Assembly (NCBI GenBank): GCA_951406725.2
Contig: OX597826.1
Span: 22,506,001-22,570,000 of the forward strand
From: Octopus vulgaris
Lineage: Eukaryota
Reading direction: 5' to 3'
Length of the DNA stretch: 64,000 nucleotides
Positions 13,390 through 26,403 of the stretch are shown piece by piece. The notes under the pieces were generated by a model. That model searched no databases, was not told where the DNA came from, and saw only the letters and a list, made by a program, of their open reading frames with translations. The position numbers were made by a program, and so were the translations under genes. Numbering within the stretch: the first letter of the stretch is position 1; every line of letters starts with the position of its first letter.

Positions 13390-16300
13390 GACCCCTTCCT
13401 AGTTCGAGGTGCGCCCACCCTCCCACCCCTTCCACCTATACAGGAAGTTCCTATTGTTCCTATCCTTTGTCAACCCTGGGTTGCCTCCCATGAACACTTC
13501 AAAAGGCTGTATGCCATCCCCACCCCTGGTCTAGGGCTATCTCCTATGTAAGGTAATGATCATTTAGTGCGAAATATGAAAGGGTAGTGTGTGCAGGTTG
13601 AACTGAAGGCTACTGTATTGTTTGTCTATGAATTCTGCCAAATGCGAGTTTTCTTTTCAGATATATGAAGCCACTGTCCCCCGTCCCAGGGTCTCACGAG
13701 CCCATACCTCCCACACCCTCAGGGTTGGCACTCTCAACATTGGCACACTGAAAGGTAGGTCTAGTGAGGTTGTTCAGATGCTTGAACGGAGATGTGTCGA
13801 TATGTGCTGCATCCAAGAAGTAAGGTGGAGAGGAGATTCTGCTAGGTTCCTCACAGGCAAAGAATGAAGGTACAAGATTTTCTGGGTAGGGAACACTGAC
13901 AGGGTCGGGGGCGTTGGTATACTTCTCGCTGGAAAATGGGTAGATAAGGTAATTGAGGTAGTCAGAGTATGCGACAGAATACTTAAGATTAGATTAGTGC
14001 TTCACCATGGGTTAGCAACCATTATATTGGCCTATGCCCCTCAGCCGGGGCTACCCAATGGACAGAAAGACCAATTCTATGACACCCTACTGCAGACTAC
14101 CTCGTTGATGAATGACAGGGACTTTCTTTTTGTGGCTGGTGACTTCAATGGACATGTTGGACAACATACAGGGGACTTCCATGACATACATGGAGGCTAC
14201 GGCTATGGTTCCCGCAATGAGGAGGGAACCAGGCTGCTGGAGTTCTGCAATACAAATGACCTTATGGTTTGTAATACCAACTTCAGGAAACCCACCTCTC
14301 ACCTAGTCACCTACCGTTCTGGCAGACATACTAGCCAGATTGACTACATCCTCGCCAAAAAGAGGGAAAGAGGGCTGCTTATAAATGCCAAAACCATTCC
14401 CAGGCAAAGAATGTACCCCACAACATAGACTGGTAGTTAGCGACTTCAGGATCAGGGCTAAATGGTTGCCCAGAAGAAGACCAGCTTGGAGGAGAAGCGT
14501 CTGGAAGCTTAAAGATCCTGCAAATGGACAGATATTTAGAGACGTACTACTCGAAGTCTTCGATGAAATAGAAGGGAATATAGCTTCACATAATGTGGAA
14601 GACAACTGGAGGTTTCTACGGGACAACCTGCTGAGAGCCACTGACCAGATCTGTGGATGGAGCAAAGTCCCATCTCGACCCAAGGTAACGTGGTGTTGGA
14701 ACAATGTGGTTGACAGGGCTATTAGACAAAAGAAACAGGCTTGGAGGGATTGGAAGAACGGAGGTAGCAGGAAATTGTATCAGACTGCCAGAAGGGAAGC
14801 TAGGAGACAGGTTTACTTAGCCAGAGGGGAAGCAGATAAGAAAAAATTTGCCAATGTTCTGCGCCACGAGGACCAAAGACTTGAGGTATTTTGTGTTGCA
14901 AGACAGTGGTAGGAGAGAAATGTGTTCACATGGATGATGGTTCACTTGCACTAAATGAGGATGCAAAGAGAGAGGTTTGGAGTCGCCATTATGAAAGGTT
15001 GCTGAATAAAGAAAATGAATGGGATAAAGAGAGTCTGCCGAATGTCGACCCAACAGAGGGACCAGCTATTCGAGTTGACAGTTTTTTGGTAGTTAAGGCA
15101 ATTAGAAGCATGAAAACAGGGAAAGCCCCTGGCCCATCAGGAATTACTGCAGAGATGCTCAAAATATCTGGCAGTGTTGGCTATAGCCTAGTCACCCATA
15201 TAGTTAACCAGGTGATACACGAAGGAGTCATACCCAATGACTGGTGTAGCAACATAATAGTCAACTGCTACAAAGGTAAAGGTGATGCCCTAGATACAAA
15301 TAATTACAGAGGTATCAAGCTGTTGGATCAGGTAATGACGGTTACGGAGAGGGTCATAGCCCAACTGATTACGGAGAGAGTCAACTTGGACGAGATGCAG
15401 TTTGGTTTCGTGCCAGAGAAAAGCACCACTGATGCCATCTTTCTGGTGAGACAGCTGCAGGAGAAATACCTAGCCAAAGATAAACCTCTGTACCTGGCTT
15501 TCGTTGACATGGAGAAAGCCTTTGACAGGGTCCCACGATCCCTTATCTGGTGGTTAATGAGGAAACTAGGGATAGATGAATGGTTAGTGAGAGCTGTGCA
15601 AGCCATGTACAGGGACGCTGTAAGTAAGGTGAGGGTTGGCAACGAGTACACTGAAGAATTCCGGGTAGAGGTTGGGGTCCACCAAGGTTCAGTCTTCAGC
15701 CCCCTCCTATTTATCGTAGTCCTCTAGGCAATAACGGAGGAATTCAAGACAGGATGCCCCTGGGAGCACCTCTATGCTGATGACTTTGCTCTAATTGCTG
15801 AGTCACTATCATAACTGGAGAAGTTTCAGGTGTGGAAGCAAGGATTAGAATCGAAGGGCCTTAGAGTCAACCTAGCTAAAACCAAAGTCCTAATAAGTAG
15901 GAAGGTAGACAAATCACAAACGCCTTCAGGTAGATGGCCCTGCTCGATCTGTAGAAAAGGCGTAGGTAGAAACTCCTATAAGATGCATCCAGTGTAAGCT
16001 ATGGACACATAAGAGGTGCAGCAATGTCAAAGGAAGGCTAACTAGGAAGATAGTTTTTGTATGTGGCAGATGCTCAGGAGCAATAAACACTGAAAATACG
16101 CAGAGACCATCTTCTGCCACATTCCAGGGGGAAAAACTAGAAATAGTTGATACCTTCCGTTACCTAGGTGACCAAGTCAGTAGCAGGGGCGGGTGTGCTG
16201 AAAGTGTAACTACTAGAGTAAGAATAGCCTGGGCAAAGTTCAGAGAGCTCTTACGTCTGCTGGTGACAAAAGGCCTCTCGCTCAGAATAAAAGGCAGACT

Positions 16301-16749
16301 GTATGACGCATGTGTATGAACAGCCATGCTACATGGCAGTGAAGCATGGGCTGTGACTGCTGGGGATATTCGTAAGCTCGCAAGAAATGAAGCCAGTATG
16401 ATCCAATGGATGTGTAATGTCAGTGTTCATACTTGACAGAGTGTAAGTACCTTGAAAGAAAAGTTGGACCTAAGAAGCATCAGTTGTGGTGTGCAAGGGA
16501 GACGTTTGCACTGGTATGGTCATGTGGCGTGAATGGATGAAGATAGCTGTGTGAAAAAGTGCCACACCCTAGCGGTTGAGGGAACCTGAGGTAGACACAG
16601 GAAAACCTGGGACGAGTTGGTGAAGCACGACCTTCGAACTTTAGGCCTAATCAAGGAAATGACTGGGCCTGGTGCAGCCTTCTGGCTTCCCAGACCCCAG
16701 TTGAACCGTCCAACCCATGCTAGCATGGAAAGCGGACGTTAAACGATGA

Positions 16750-16753
<4 letters not shown>
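13390..16753 (+). mobile_element. Near full-length disrupted RTE LINE
   Basis: Consecutive APE/RT ORF fragments 13622-15727; 3' UTR mostly deleted near 16665; (GAT)n tail. Confidence 0.93.
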
Positions 16754-16810
<57 letters not shown>

Positions 16811-16811
16811 G

Positions 16812-16866
<55 letters not shown>

Positions 16867-16928
16867 GTATATATATATAGTTATATACATATATGTATAT
16901 ATATATATATGTGTGTATATATATATAT

Positions 16929-17095
16929 TAATCAGCCGAAACTGCGAAGATGATCCGGTTCTTGACTGATGATTTAGGGCTTCGAATGTCCCGTCCGTGT
17001 TTTTTGTGTCGTCTTCTAAATGTTTCACGTTCTTGTACCAGTTTGTATATTTTTTTACTTTTACATATATATATATATATGTATGTATGTATATA

Positions 17096-17148
<53 letters not shown>

Positions 17149-17150
17149 GT

Positions 17151-17183
<33 letters not shown>

Positions 17184-17375
17184 GTGTGTATATATATATA
17201 TTAATCAGCCGAAACTGCGAAGATGATCCGGTTCTTGACTGATGATTTAGGGCTTCGAATGTCCCGTCCGTGTTTTTTGTGTCGTCTTCTAAATGTTTCA
17301 CGTTCTTGTCCCAGTTTGTATATTTTTTTACTTTTACATATATATATATATATGTATGTATGTATATATATATAT

Positions 17376-17408
<33 letters not shown>

Positions 17409-17607
17409 GTATATATATATAGTTATATATATATATATGTATATATATATATGTGTGTATATATATATATTAATCAGCCGAAACTGCGAAGATGATCCGG
17501 TTCTTGACTGATGATTTAGGGCTTCGAATGTCCCGTCCGTGTTTTTTGTGTCGTCTTCTAAATGTTTCACGTTCTTGTCCCAGTTTGTATATTTTTTTAC
17601 TTTTACA
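16929..17607. repeat. Three tandem ~270-bp units (~135-bp core plus (TA)n spacer)
   Basis: Core TAATCAGCCGAAACTGCGAAG...TTTTACTTTTAC repeated near 16929, 17202 and 17471. Confidence 0.9.
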
Positions 17608-17800
17608 TATATATATATATATATATATATACTAGCAGAGATACCCAGCGTTACATTTATTTGAAGAATTAGACTTTTCTGTTATATATATATATATATG
17701 GATACACACACACATATATGTATATTAATATAAATACATGAAGTACATGAAGTTTGTTAAAATAAAAGGGGATCATGTATATACCTCCTGGCTGTTGAGA

Positions 17801-19400
17801 TTATAACACCTCGTTGTAAACAATGTTCCTTGTTTTTCCTTGTGGAGCATATACAAAAAGGTTTCTTTTGGTTCCTACTCTTGAGCAACCAACATACAGT
17901 TGTCCATGCGAGAAGCAGGGCTCTTCCAAGAGAAGACTAGCTACAGAGAGGGTTTGACCCTGAGATTTGTTAATGGACATGGCAAAGCTAACACGAAGGG
18001 GGAATTGCAGTCTTCTGAATGTAAATGGAATTTCTGCTCCTGATGGAGTAAGAGGAATTCTTGGAATAAAGACGTCATCACCTTTTCCACATCCAGAAAG
18101 AATGATCACCTCAATAACGTGTGACATCATTTTCTTTATCACCAGTCGTGTTCCATTGCAAAGTCTTGGTGGTTCCAGATTGCGGAGTAGCATTACAGGA
18201 GTTCCAACTTTAAGTGCTAATATGTGTGGAGATAGTCCAGGAGGCTCCAGTGTATTGAGAAATTCAGGAGGATAGCTCACAACTTCATTTATATCTGGAA
18301 TTGTATCAACAGACTTGTAAGTGCGTATAGTGCCGGGAAGAGAATGCATTAGCTGTGGATTAATTTTGTTAACAGCGACGTTTTTTGGAGCTAATATTGC
18401 TCTTTCACACAGCCAATTGTGATTTTGGTAGTTTTGTGTGAAGTTGGGAAAGACTTTGTTTTTGAGGTCATCTACAGAATTAACAACAGAGGAAAATGAC
18501 CACACTTCCATTTGTCCTGCAACATCGAGAGGCATCTTGCCTTCACCAAGTGTCAAAATGTCCTGTGCAAACTTTGTGGACATTTTGTCGCCATGTAGCT
18601 GAGCTCTCATGTTAGTGGTGATACTGAGGATTGTAACATGATACCACAGGGTAGAGGAATTTAGGCATGCTTGGACTTCATCTGCTCTAGTGCCTTTCGG
18701 AATGACAGGAAGAGTTTGCCTGAAATCACCTGACAACAGAAGCATTACACCTCCCATTGGAGCCTAACAGTCTCGGATGTCTTTCAGGGCTCTATCTAGT
18801 GCTTCCAAAGCTCCCTTGTAAGCCATAGTGCACTCATCCCAGACAATTAGATGACACATTTTAAGTACTTGTCCCTGATCTGAGCTTTTGTTGATGTTGC
18901 ATGAAGGCATTTCGGTTGCTGCTAAATTGAGAGGGAGTTTAAAAGTTGAGTGTGCTGTCCTGCCACTGGGTAACAAAGTAGCTGCAATGCCAGAGGAGGC
19001 TACAGCTACTGCAATGTCCTGATACTGCCTAACTTCTGCAAGGAGAAGCTTTGTAATAAATGTTTTTTCTGTCCCTCCAGGAGCATCGAGGAAGAAGATT
19101 CGTCCCTCATGTTGGCATACACTGTTAAGAATAGTTCTGTAGGCCTGCAGCTGGTCCGGAAGTAATGTAGGCTCATTTTCAACAATGTACTTTGAAAGCG
19201 CTTGATTGTCGTAGGTTGTTTCACGAATGACAGCAGTGGGAAGGCTATTTGACCCTGACCTGAATGCTTGTGGCAGGCCATACATCGACAATCCATTTCC
19301 ACCCAGTTTAGCAATTCTGTCTTCAATGTCAATGAGTGTTTTGTTATAGATTTCATTGCTGATACCCTCCATGTCAGGATAGAGCAGTTGAACTTGGCGC
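17801..19400 (-). pseudogene. Helitron Pif1-family (SF1B) helicase remnant
   Basis: DAPGGTEKT (damaged Walker A), SSGIAATLL, GRTAHS, WDECTM, GDFRQTLPV, LCNGTRL, SINKSQGQT, HGQLYV; stop at 18764; no Rep domain. Confidence 0.92.
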
Positions 19401-19544
19401 TGAAGGGGACAATGTTTTTCAGATTCCGGTTCGAATGTAAGGCAGGTTTGAAAGTGTTCCCAATAGTTATTAGTTGTAGTGGTAGAGTGTTTATGCCGAA
19501 TATGTATGTATGCATGTATATATATATATATATATATATGTACA

Positions 19545-19678
19545 AAATCCACTGAGAAGGTTTTTGTTGGTCTGAGGCTACAGCAGAAGACACATGCCAA
19601 GTCACCACATAGTGGGACTGAACCCAGGACCATGTGTTTGGAACGTAGTTTGTTACCACACAGCCACACCTGCCCCTA
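19545..19678 (-). mobile_element. SINE head fragment inside Helitron
   Basis: Homologous to head of SINE 30478-30897. Confidence 0.7.
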
Positions 19679-20617
19679 TGTGTGTGTGTGTGTGTGCGTA
19701 TGTGTGTATGGGTAGACATATTATGCATGTATATATGTGTATATATATGTGTACATATTACATGTACATCTATATATATACATCTACACATAAAATACAA
19801 AATACAAAGTTATATCTTGATATCGCTAGTGATAACAATACTGAAAATATACAAGAGACTAGAATTGTAGGCCCGTCTCTTGCAATTTCGATCAATTGGA
19901 TCTTGTCCTCCCTCTTGTATAGAAGTGTACGGCTGCAGCGAAATTCATTTTTGGATTTTCTTCTATTAAAGTTCCCCAAACAGGGACACAATTCAATTTT
20001 TAAACAATAACCAAAGCCCCTTCTCCGGTTTACAATTATTTAACAAATGCAACACAACAACGTTTCCCTGATGAGGAACCAACAAACGTGATTACAATAG
20101 TCAAACAGTAATAATAATAACAACAAACCTTTTTAATTTATCCCCATTTATGTGAAACCACTTATTCAAGTTCAAGTCATTGATGCAATTTTATACGAAT
20201 TGCTAATACACACACACACACATAATAAGGGTGAAAAATTGAATATTAATTTGATTAATATGAATTGAAAACCAGTGGTGTAGCATATAAGAGCATAGCG
20301 GATCTTCTAGCAAAATGGATGACCACTGTTAATGGTTCATCCCTGTTATATAATACCATCACTTTAATAGTTTCAGTATGAAGGTGAAAGTGTCTGCATT
20401 ACAATAGAGTGATGTTTTTGTTTCACTTTTAACACGTAATACTGAAATAGTGGAGGAGATATGATATTGCTGTGGGGTCGCCCTAGGGAAAAAGTTAAGT
20501 AAGGCATGTGTAAAATTTGAATGAAATTGGTTGTGTAGTTCTCAAGTTTCAGGGAAACACACAGACAGACAGACAGACAGACAAACACACATTCTCAGTT
20601 TTATATATATAGAGATA

Positions 20618-20682
<65 letters not shown>

Positions 20683-20788
20683 ATATATATGTATTTGTTT
20701 ATTATATAGGCAGCACAGTGAAGTGCTCAGGTAGAGAACCCAAGATGTTAGATATAGGTATTATATTTAAAAAGAGAATTTAAGTACG

Positions 20789-21549
20789 TTCAACAATTCA
20801 GATAAACATATGCTCAGCCGTAAACCAATGTATGCAGATATATTTGATATATATTTAATGTATCAATCATTAAAATATCAAAGCATATTAAAACTGTATG
20901 GATACATAGATATATAAAAATATAATATACATATATGGGCAGAAAAACTATATTTAAGTATAAAAATATTGATGTATAACAATATAGATGTATAAAAATA
21001 TATATTGACATCTTAAAAGGTATATATTGGAAACATTGTTCTACTTACAGATTAAAAGTGTTATTAAAAAGTATTAAAAAGTAAAAGTATAAATCTCTAT
21101 GCAAAAGTGAATAAAAAAAGTTTTAAGCATGGGTGTTGAAGTTTCTAATGTTCAGATACAGGTACTCCAGTTTAAATAATTAGGTGGTTGTACTCCGACG
21201 GTCATTTCAGGGGTACAGTAATCCATAGATTTCAAGGATAATCCTATCAAAATATTAGACACTGGCTCCTTCATCAGGGAGAATGATCCTTTAATGAGTC
21301 ACATCTCATATACTGTTTAATGTTTTCAATATATATCTTTTAAGATGTTAATATATATTGTTATACATCAATATTTTTATACTTAAATATAGTTTTTCTG
21401 CCCATATATGTATATTATATTTTTATATATCTATGTATCCATACATTTTTAATATGCTTTGATATTTTAATGATTGATAAATTTAATATATTTTAATAAT
21501 CTGCATACATTGGTTTACGGCTGAGCATATGTTTATCTAAATTGTTGAA
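20789..21549. mobile_element. Inverted-repeat non-coding element (Penelope-like)
   Basis: ~200-bp inverted arms 20789-20990 and 21352-21549 around a hammerhead-like motif. Confidence 0.65.
21193..21281 (-). ncRNA. Degenerate type I hammerhead motif with long stem II
   Basis: CUCC-CUGAUGA-AGGAG..CAGU...ACUG..CCCCU-GAAA-UGACCG-UC-GGAG; 4-bp stem I; stem III looks like decayed palindrome CGGCCG. Confidence 0.6.
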
Positions 21550-21629
21550 TATATATATATGTATGTATATATATACGTATGTATATATATACGTATGTAT
21601 ATATATATATGTATGTATATATACGTATG

Positions 21630-21664
<35 letters not shown>

Positions 21665-21739
21665 GTATGTATATCTACGTATGTATATGTATGTTTATAA
21701 ATTTATGCATATATATGTATGTATATATGTATATATATT

Positions 21740-24700
21740 TCATCATCATCATCATCGTCGTTTAACGTCTGCTTTCCATGCTAGCATGGGTTGGATGGTT
21801 TGTGGGCTGACAAACCAGATGGCTGCACCAGGCTCCAGTCTTGATCTGGCAGAGTTTCTACAGCTGGATGCCCTTCCTAACGCCAACCACTCTGAGAGTG
21901 TAGTGGGTGCCTTTACGTGCCACCGGCATGGGGTCAGTCAGGCGGTACTGGCAACGACCTCGCTCGAAATTTTTTACACATGTCAACAGCACAGGTGCCA
22001 GTAAGGCGATGCTGGTAATAATCCTGCTCAAATGGTGCCTCCTACATGTCACCGGCACGGAAACCAGATAGCCGCTCTGGCAATGATCACGCTCGGATGG
22101 TGCTCTTAGCACCCTACTAGCACAGGGCACAAGTGCCAGTAAGGCGAAGCTGGCAATGATCATATTCGAATGATGCCTTTTATGTGCCACTGGCACGGAA
22201 GCCAGTTAGCCGCTCTGTCAACGATCAATCTCGTATGGTGCTCGTGCCCGTCATCGAATTTCACTTTGATTTTGATTTCGATTTCACTTGCCTCAACAGG
22301 TCTTTGCAAGCAGAGTTTAGTGTCCAAAGAAGGAAAAGGTACGCACAAGTGGGCTGGTTACGCACCTGGCACAGGCTATGAGGATATGGTCTCCTTTGGC
22401 TTGCTGGGTCTTCTCAAGCACAGCATATTTCCAAAGGTCTCGGTCACTAGTCATTTCCTTGATTAGGCCTAAAGTTTGAAGGTCGTGCTTCACCAACTCA
22501 TCCCAGATTTTCCTGTGTCTACCTCAGGTTCCCTCAACCGCTAGGGTGTGGCACTTTTTCACACAACTATCTTCATCCATTCACGCCACATGACCATACC
22601 AGTGCAAACGTCTCTCTTGCACACCACAACTGATGCTTCTTAGGTCCAACTTTTCTTTCAAGGTACTTACACTCTGTCAAGTATGAACACTGACATTACA
22701 CATCCATTGGAGCATACTGGCTTCATTTCTTGCGAGCTTACGCATATCCCCAGCAGTCACAGCCCATGCTTCACTGCCATGTAGCATGGCTGTTCATACA
22801 CATGCGTCATACAGTCTGCCTTTTATTCTGAGTGAGAGGCCTTTTGTCACCAGCAGACGTAAGAGCTCTCTGAACTTTGCCCAGGCTATTCTTACTCTAG
22901 TAGTTACACTTTCAGCACACCCGCCCATGCTACTGACTTGGTAACAGAAGTTATCAACTATTTCTAGTTTTTCTCCCTGGAATGTGGCAGAAGATGGTCT
23001 CTGCGTATTTTCAGTGTTTATTGCTCCTGAGCATCTGCCACATACAAAAACTATCTTCCTAGTTAGCCTTCCTTTGACATTGCTGCACCTCTTATGTGTC
23101 CATAGCTTACACTGGGTGCATCTTATAGGAGTTTCTACCTACGCCTTTTCTACAGATCGAGCAGGGCCATCTACCTGAAGGCGTTTGTGATTTGTCTACC
23201 TTCCTACTTATTAGGACTTTGGTTTTAGCTAGGTTGACTTTAAGGTCTTTTGATTCTAATCCTTGCTTCCACACCTGAAACTTCTCCTCCAGTTATGATA
23301 GTGACTCAGCAAGTAGAGCTAAGTCATCAGCATAGAGGAGCTCCCAGGGGCATCCTGTCTTGAATTCCTCCATTATTGCCTAGAGGACTATGATAAATAG
23401 GAGGGGGCTGAAGACTGAACCTTGGTGGACCCCAACCTCTACCTGGAATTCTTCAGTGTACTCGTTGCCAACCCTCACCTTACAGCGTCCCTGTACATGG
23501 CTTGCACAGCTCTCACTAACCATTCATCTATCCCTAGTTTCCTCATTAACCACCAGATAAGGGATCGGGGGACCTTGTCAAAGGCTTTCTCCATGTCAAC
23601 GAAAGCCAGGTACAGAGGTTTATCTTTGGCTAGGTATTTCTCCTGCAGCTGTCTCACCAGAAAGATGGCATCAGTGGTGCTTTTCTCTGGCACGAAACCA
23701 AACTGCATCTCGTCCAAGTTGACTCTCTCCGTAATCAGTTGGGCTATGACCCTCTCCGTAACCTTCATTACCTGATCCAACAGCTTGATACCTCTGTAAT
23801 TATTTGTATCTAGGGCATCACCTTTACCTTTGTAGCAGTTGACTATTATGTTGCTACACCAGTCATTGGGTATGACTCCTTCGTGTATCACCTGGTTAAC
23901 TATATGGGTGACTAGGCTATAGCCAACACTGCCAGATATTTTGAGCATCTCTGCAGTGATTCCTGATGGGCCAGGGGCTTTCCCTGTTTTCATGCTTCTA
24001 ATTGCCTTAACTACCAAAGAACTGTCAACTCGAATAACTGGTCCCTCTATTGGGTCGACATTCGGCAGACTCTCTTTCTCCCATTCATTTTCTTTATTCA
24101 GCAACCTTTCATAATGGCGTCTCCAAACCTCTCTCTTTGCATCCTCATTTAGCGCAAGTGAACCATCATCTATGGGAACACATTTCTCTCCTATCACTGC
24201 CTTGCAATACAAAATACCTCAAGTCTTTGGTCCTCATGACGCAGAACATTGGCAAATTTTTTCTTATCTGCTTCCCCTCTGGCTAAGTAAACATGTCTCC
24301 TAGCTTCCCTTCTGGCAGTCTGATACAATTCCCTGCTACCTCCGTTCTTCCAGTCCCTCCAAGCCTGTTTCTTTTGTCTAATAGCCTTGTCAACCACATT
24401 GTTCCAACACTACGTTACCTTGGGTCGAGATGGGACTTTGTTCCATCCACAGATCTGGTCAGTGGCTCTCAGCAGGTTGTCCCGTAGAAACCTCCAGTTG
24501 TCTTCCACATTATGTGAAGCTATATCCCCTTCTATTTCATCGAAGACTTTGAGTAGTATGTCTCTAAATCTCTATCCATTTGCAGGATCTTTAAGCTTCC
24601 AGACGCTTCTCCTCCAAGCTGGTCTTCTTCTGGGCAACCATTTAGCCCTGATCCTGAAGTCGCTAACTACCAGTCTATGTTGTGGGGTACATTCTTTGCC

Positions 24701-25620
24701 TGGGAAGGTTTTGGCATTTATAAGCAGCCCTCTTTCCCTCTTTTTGGCGAGGATGTAGTCAATCTGGCTAGTGTGTCTGCCAGAACGGTAGGTGACTAGG
24801 TGAGAGGTGGGTTTCCTGAAGTTGGTATTGCAAACCATAAGGTCATTTGTATCGCAGAACTCCAGCAGCCTGGTTCCCTCCTCGTTGCGGGACCCATAGC
24901 CCGTAGCCTCCATGTACGTCATGGAAGTCCCCTGTATGTTGTCCAACATGTCCATTGACGTCACCAGCCACAAAAAGAAGGTCCCTGTCATTCATCAACG
25001 AGGTAGTCTGCAGTAGGGTGTCATAGAATCGGTCTTTCTGTCGAACGGGTAGCCCCGGCTGAGGGGCATAGGCCAATATAATGGTTGCTAACCCATGGTG
25101 AAGCACTAATCTAATCTTAAGTACTCTGTCACATACTCTGACTACCTCGATTACCTTATCAACACATTTCTCTGCAAGAAGTATACCCACGCCCCCGACC
25201 CTGTCAGAAAATCTTGTACCTGTGTTCTTTGCCTGTGAGGAACCGAGCGGAACCTCTTCTCCACCTTACTTCTTGGATGCAGCACAAATCCACACGTCTC
25301 CGTTCAAGCAGCTCAACAATCTCACCAGACCTACCTTACGATGTGCCAACATTGAGTGTGCGAACTCTGAGGGCGTGGGAGGTGAGGGCCCTAGATACCC
25401 TGGGATGAGGGACAGTAGTGTCATGTACCTGAAAAGAAAGCTTGCATTTGGCAGATTTCATAGGGAAACACTAGGCTACAACCTACATACACTACACAGT
25501 TTTTGCGCTGTATGATCAAATAAACCCTACATAGGGGTGTGGGTGGGAGTGTTCGCGGGGGGGGGGGTAGACAAGTAACACTTCTGGTATTGGTGGAGGG
25601 GGTGAGAGGGCACACCGCGA
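21740..25620 (-). mobile_element. Near full-length disrupted RTE LINE
   Basis: APE/RT fragments 23475-25190; complete 3' UTR and (GAT)n tail; very similar to 13390-16753. Confidence 0.93.
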
Positions 25621-26358
25621 AAGAGCAATGAGGTTGAAAGTCAGAATTGCTTAGCTGCTCATTTTCTGAAATCCGTGTTTTATCAGCAGAGGAGAAGAAA
25701 ATTGAGTAGAGGAAAAAAGCAGAGCATACGCTAGTTTATATAGAGTTAGGGATTGGGGGGGGGGGCTGTTGGTGTATTAGGTGGTAAATCGAAGAAGGGG
25801 AGAGAGAGAGAGGGAGGGAGGGACAAACACATGGGAGAAGAGTATTCGTAAGGGATTCTCTGTAACAAAAATTACTGAAACAGCAAATGCTGAAATCGTG
25901 AGATAGAGTTGAAAGTTGAAAAGTTTGGGATATGAGGAAAACATAATTTAAATTAATGAAAACAGCAGTGGTAAGTCGAAAGAGAGAGACAGTGAGTCAG
26001 AGAGGGGGGTCAGAGCTTTAGGTGGTCAGGCGTTAAGTAACTAATAAATACGACACGAGGAAGAAAGAATTTAAAAAAAAATTTTTTTTTAGGGAATTTG
26101 GGAGAATTAAACAAGTTCTGGGAGAGTGAAATAACGAAAGGATAACCTTGAAATAAAGGAGGAATAGAAAAATGCATGATCTCAAGACAAACAGGAAGCT
26201 ATCGGTGCTATGTTTACAAGATAGAGAAATAGATAATAGAGAACGAAAGGGAAGGGGTTAGGGTTACGAATCTACGCATAAACAGGAATGGACGAGGTTG
26301 AAAGTCAAAATTGCTTAGCTGCTCATTTTCTGAAATCCGTGTTTTATCAGCAGAGGAC

Positions 26359-26400
<42 letters not shown>

Positions 26401-26403
<3 letters not shown>

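Larger units (their letters stand above)
17632..20615 (-). mobile_element. Internally deleted Helitron
   Basis: 5' TCTCTATATATATAAAACTG at 20615, 3' CTAG at 17632, Pif1 helicase inside; 5' part homologous to 33041-34020. Confidence 0.85.

Noticed and set aside
16807-17570. YI/IY-rich ORFs here and at 19.0-20.0, 21.6, 27.5-28.0 and 62.0 kb
   Set aside because: Translations of (TA)n/(CA)n microsatellites.
17801-18757. Host PIF1 gene
   Set aside because: Intronless, broken and enclosed by Helitron termini.
20060-20095. CTGATGAG motif inside the Helitron
   Set aside because: No GAAA and no stem I/II can be formed.
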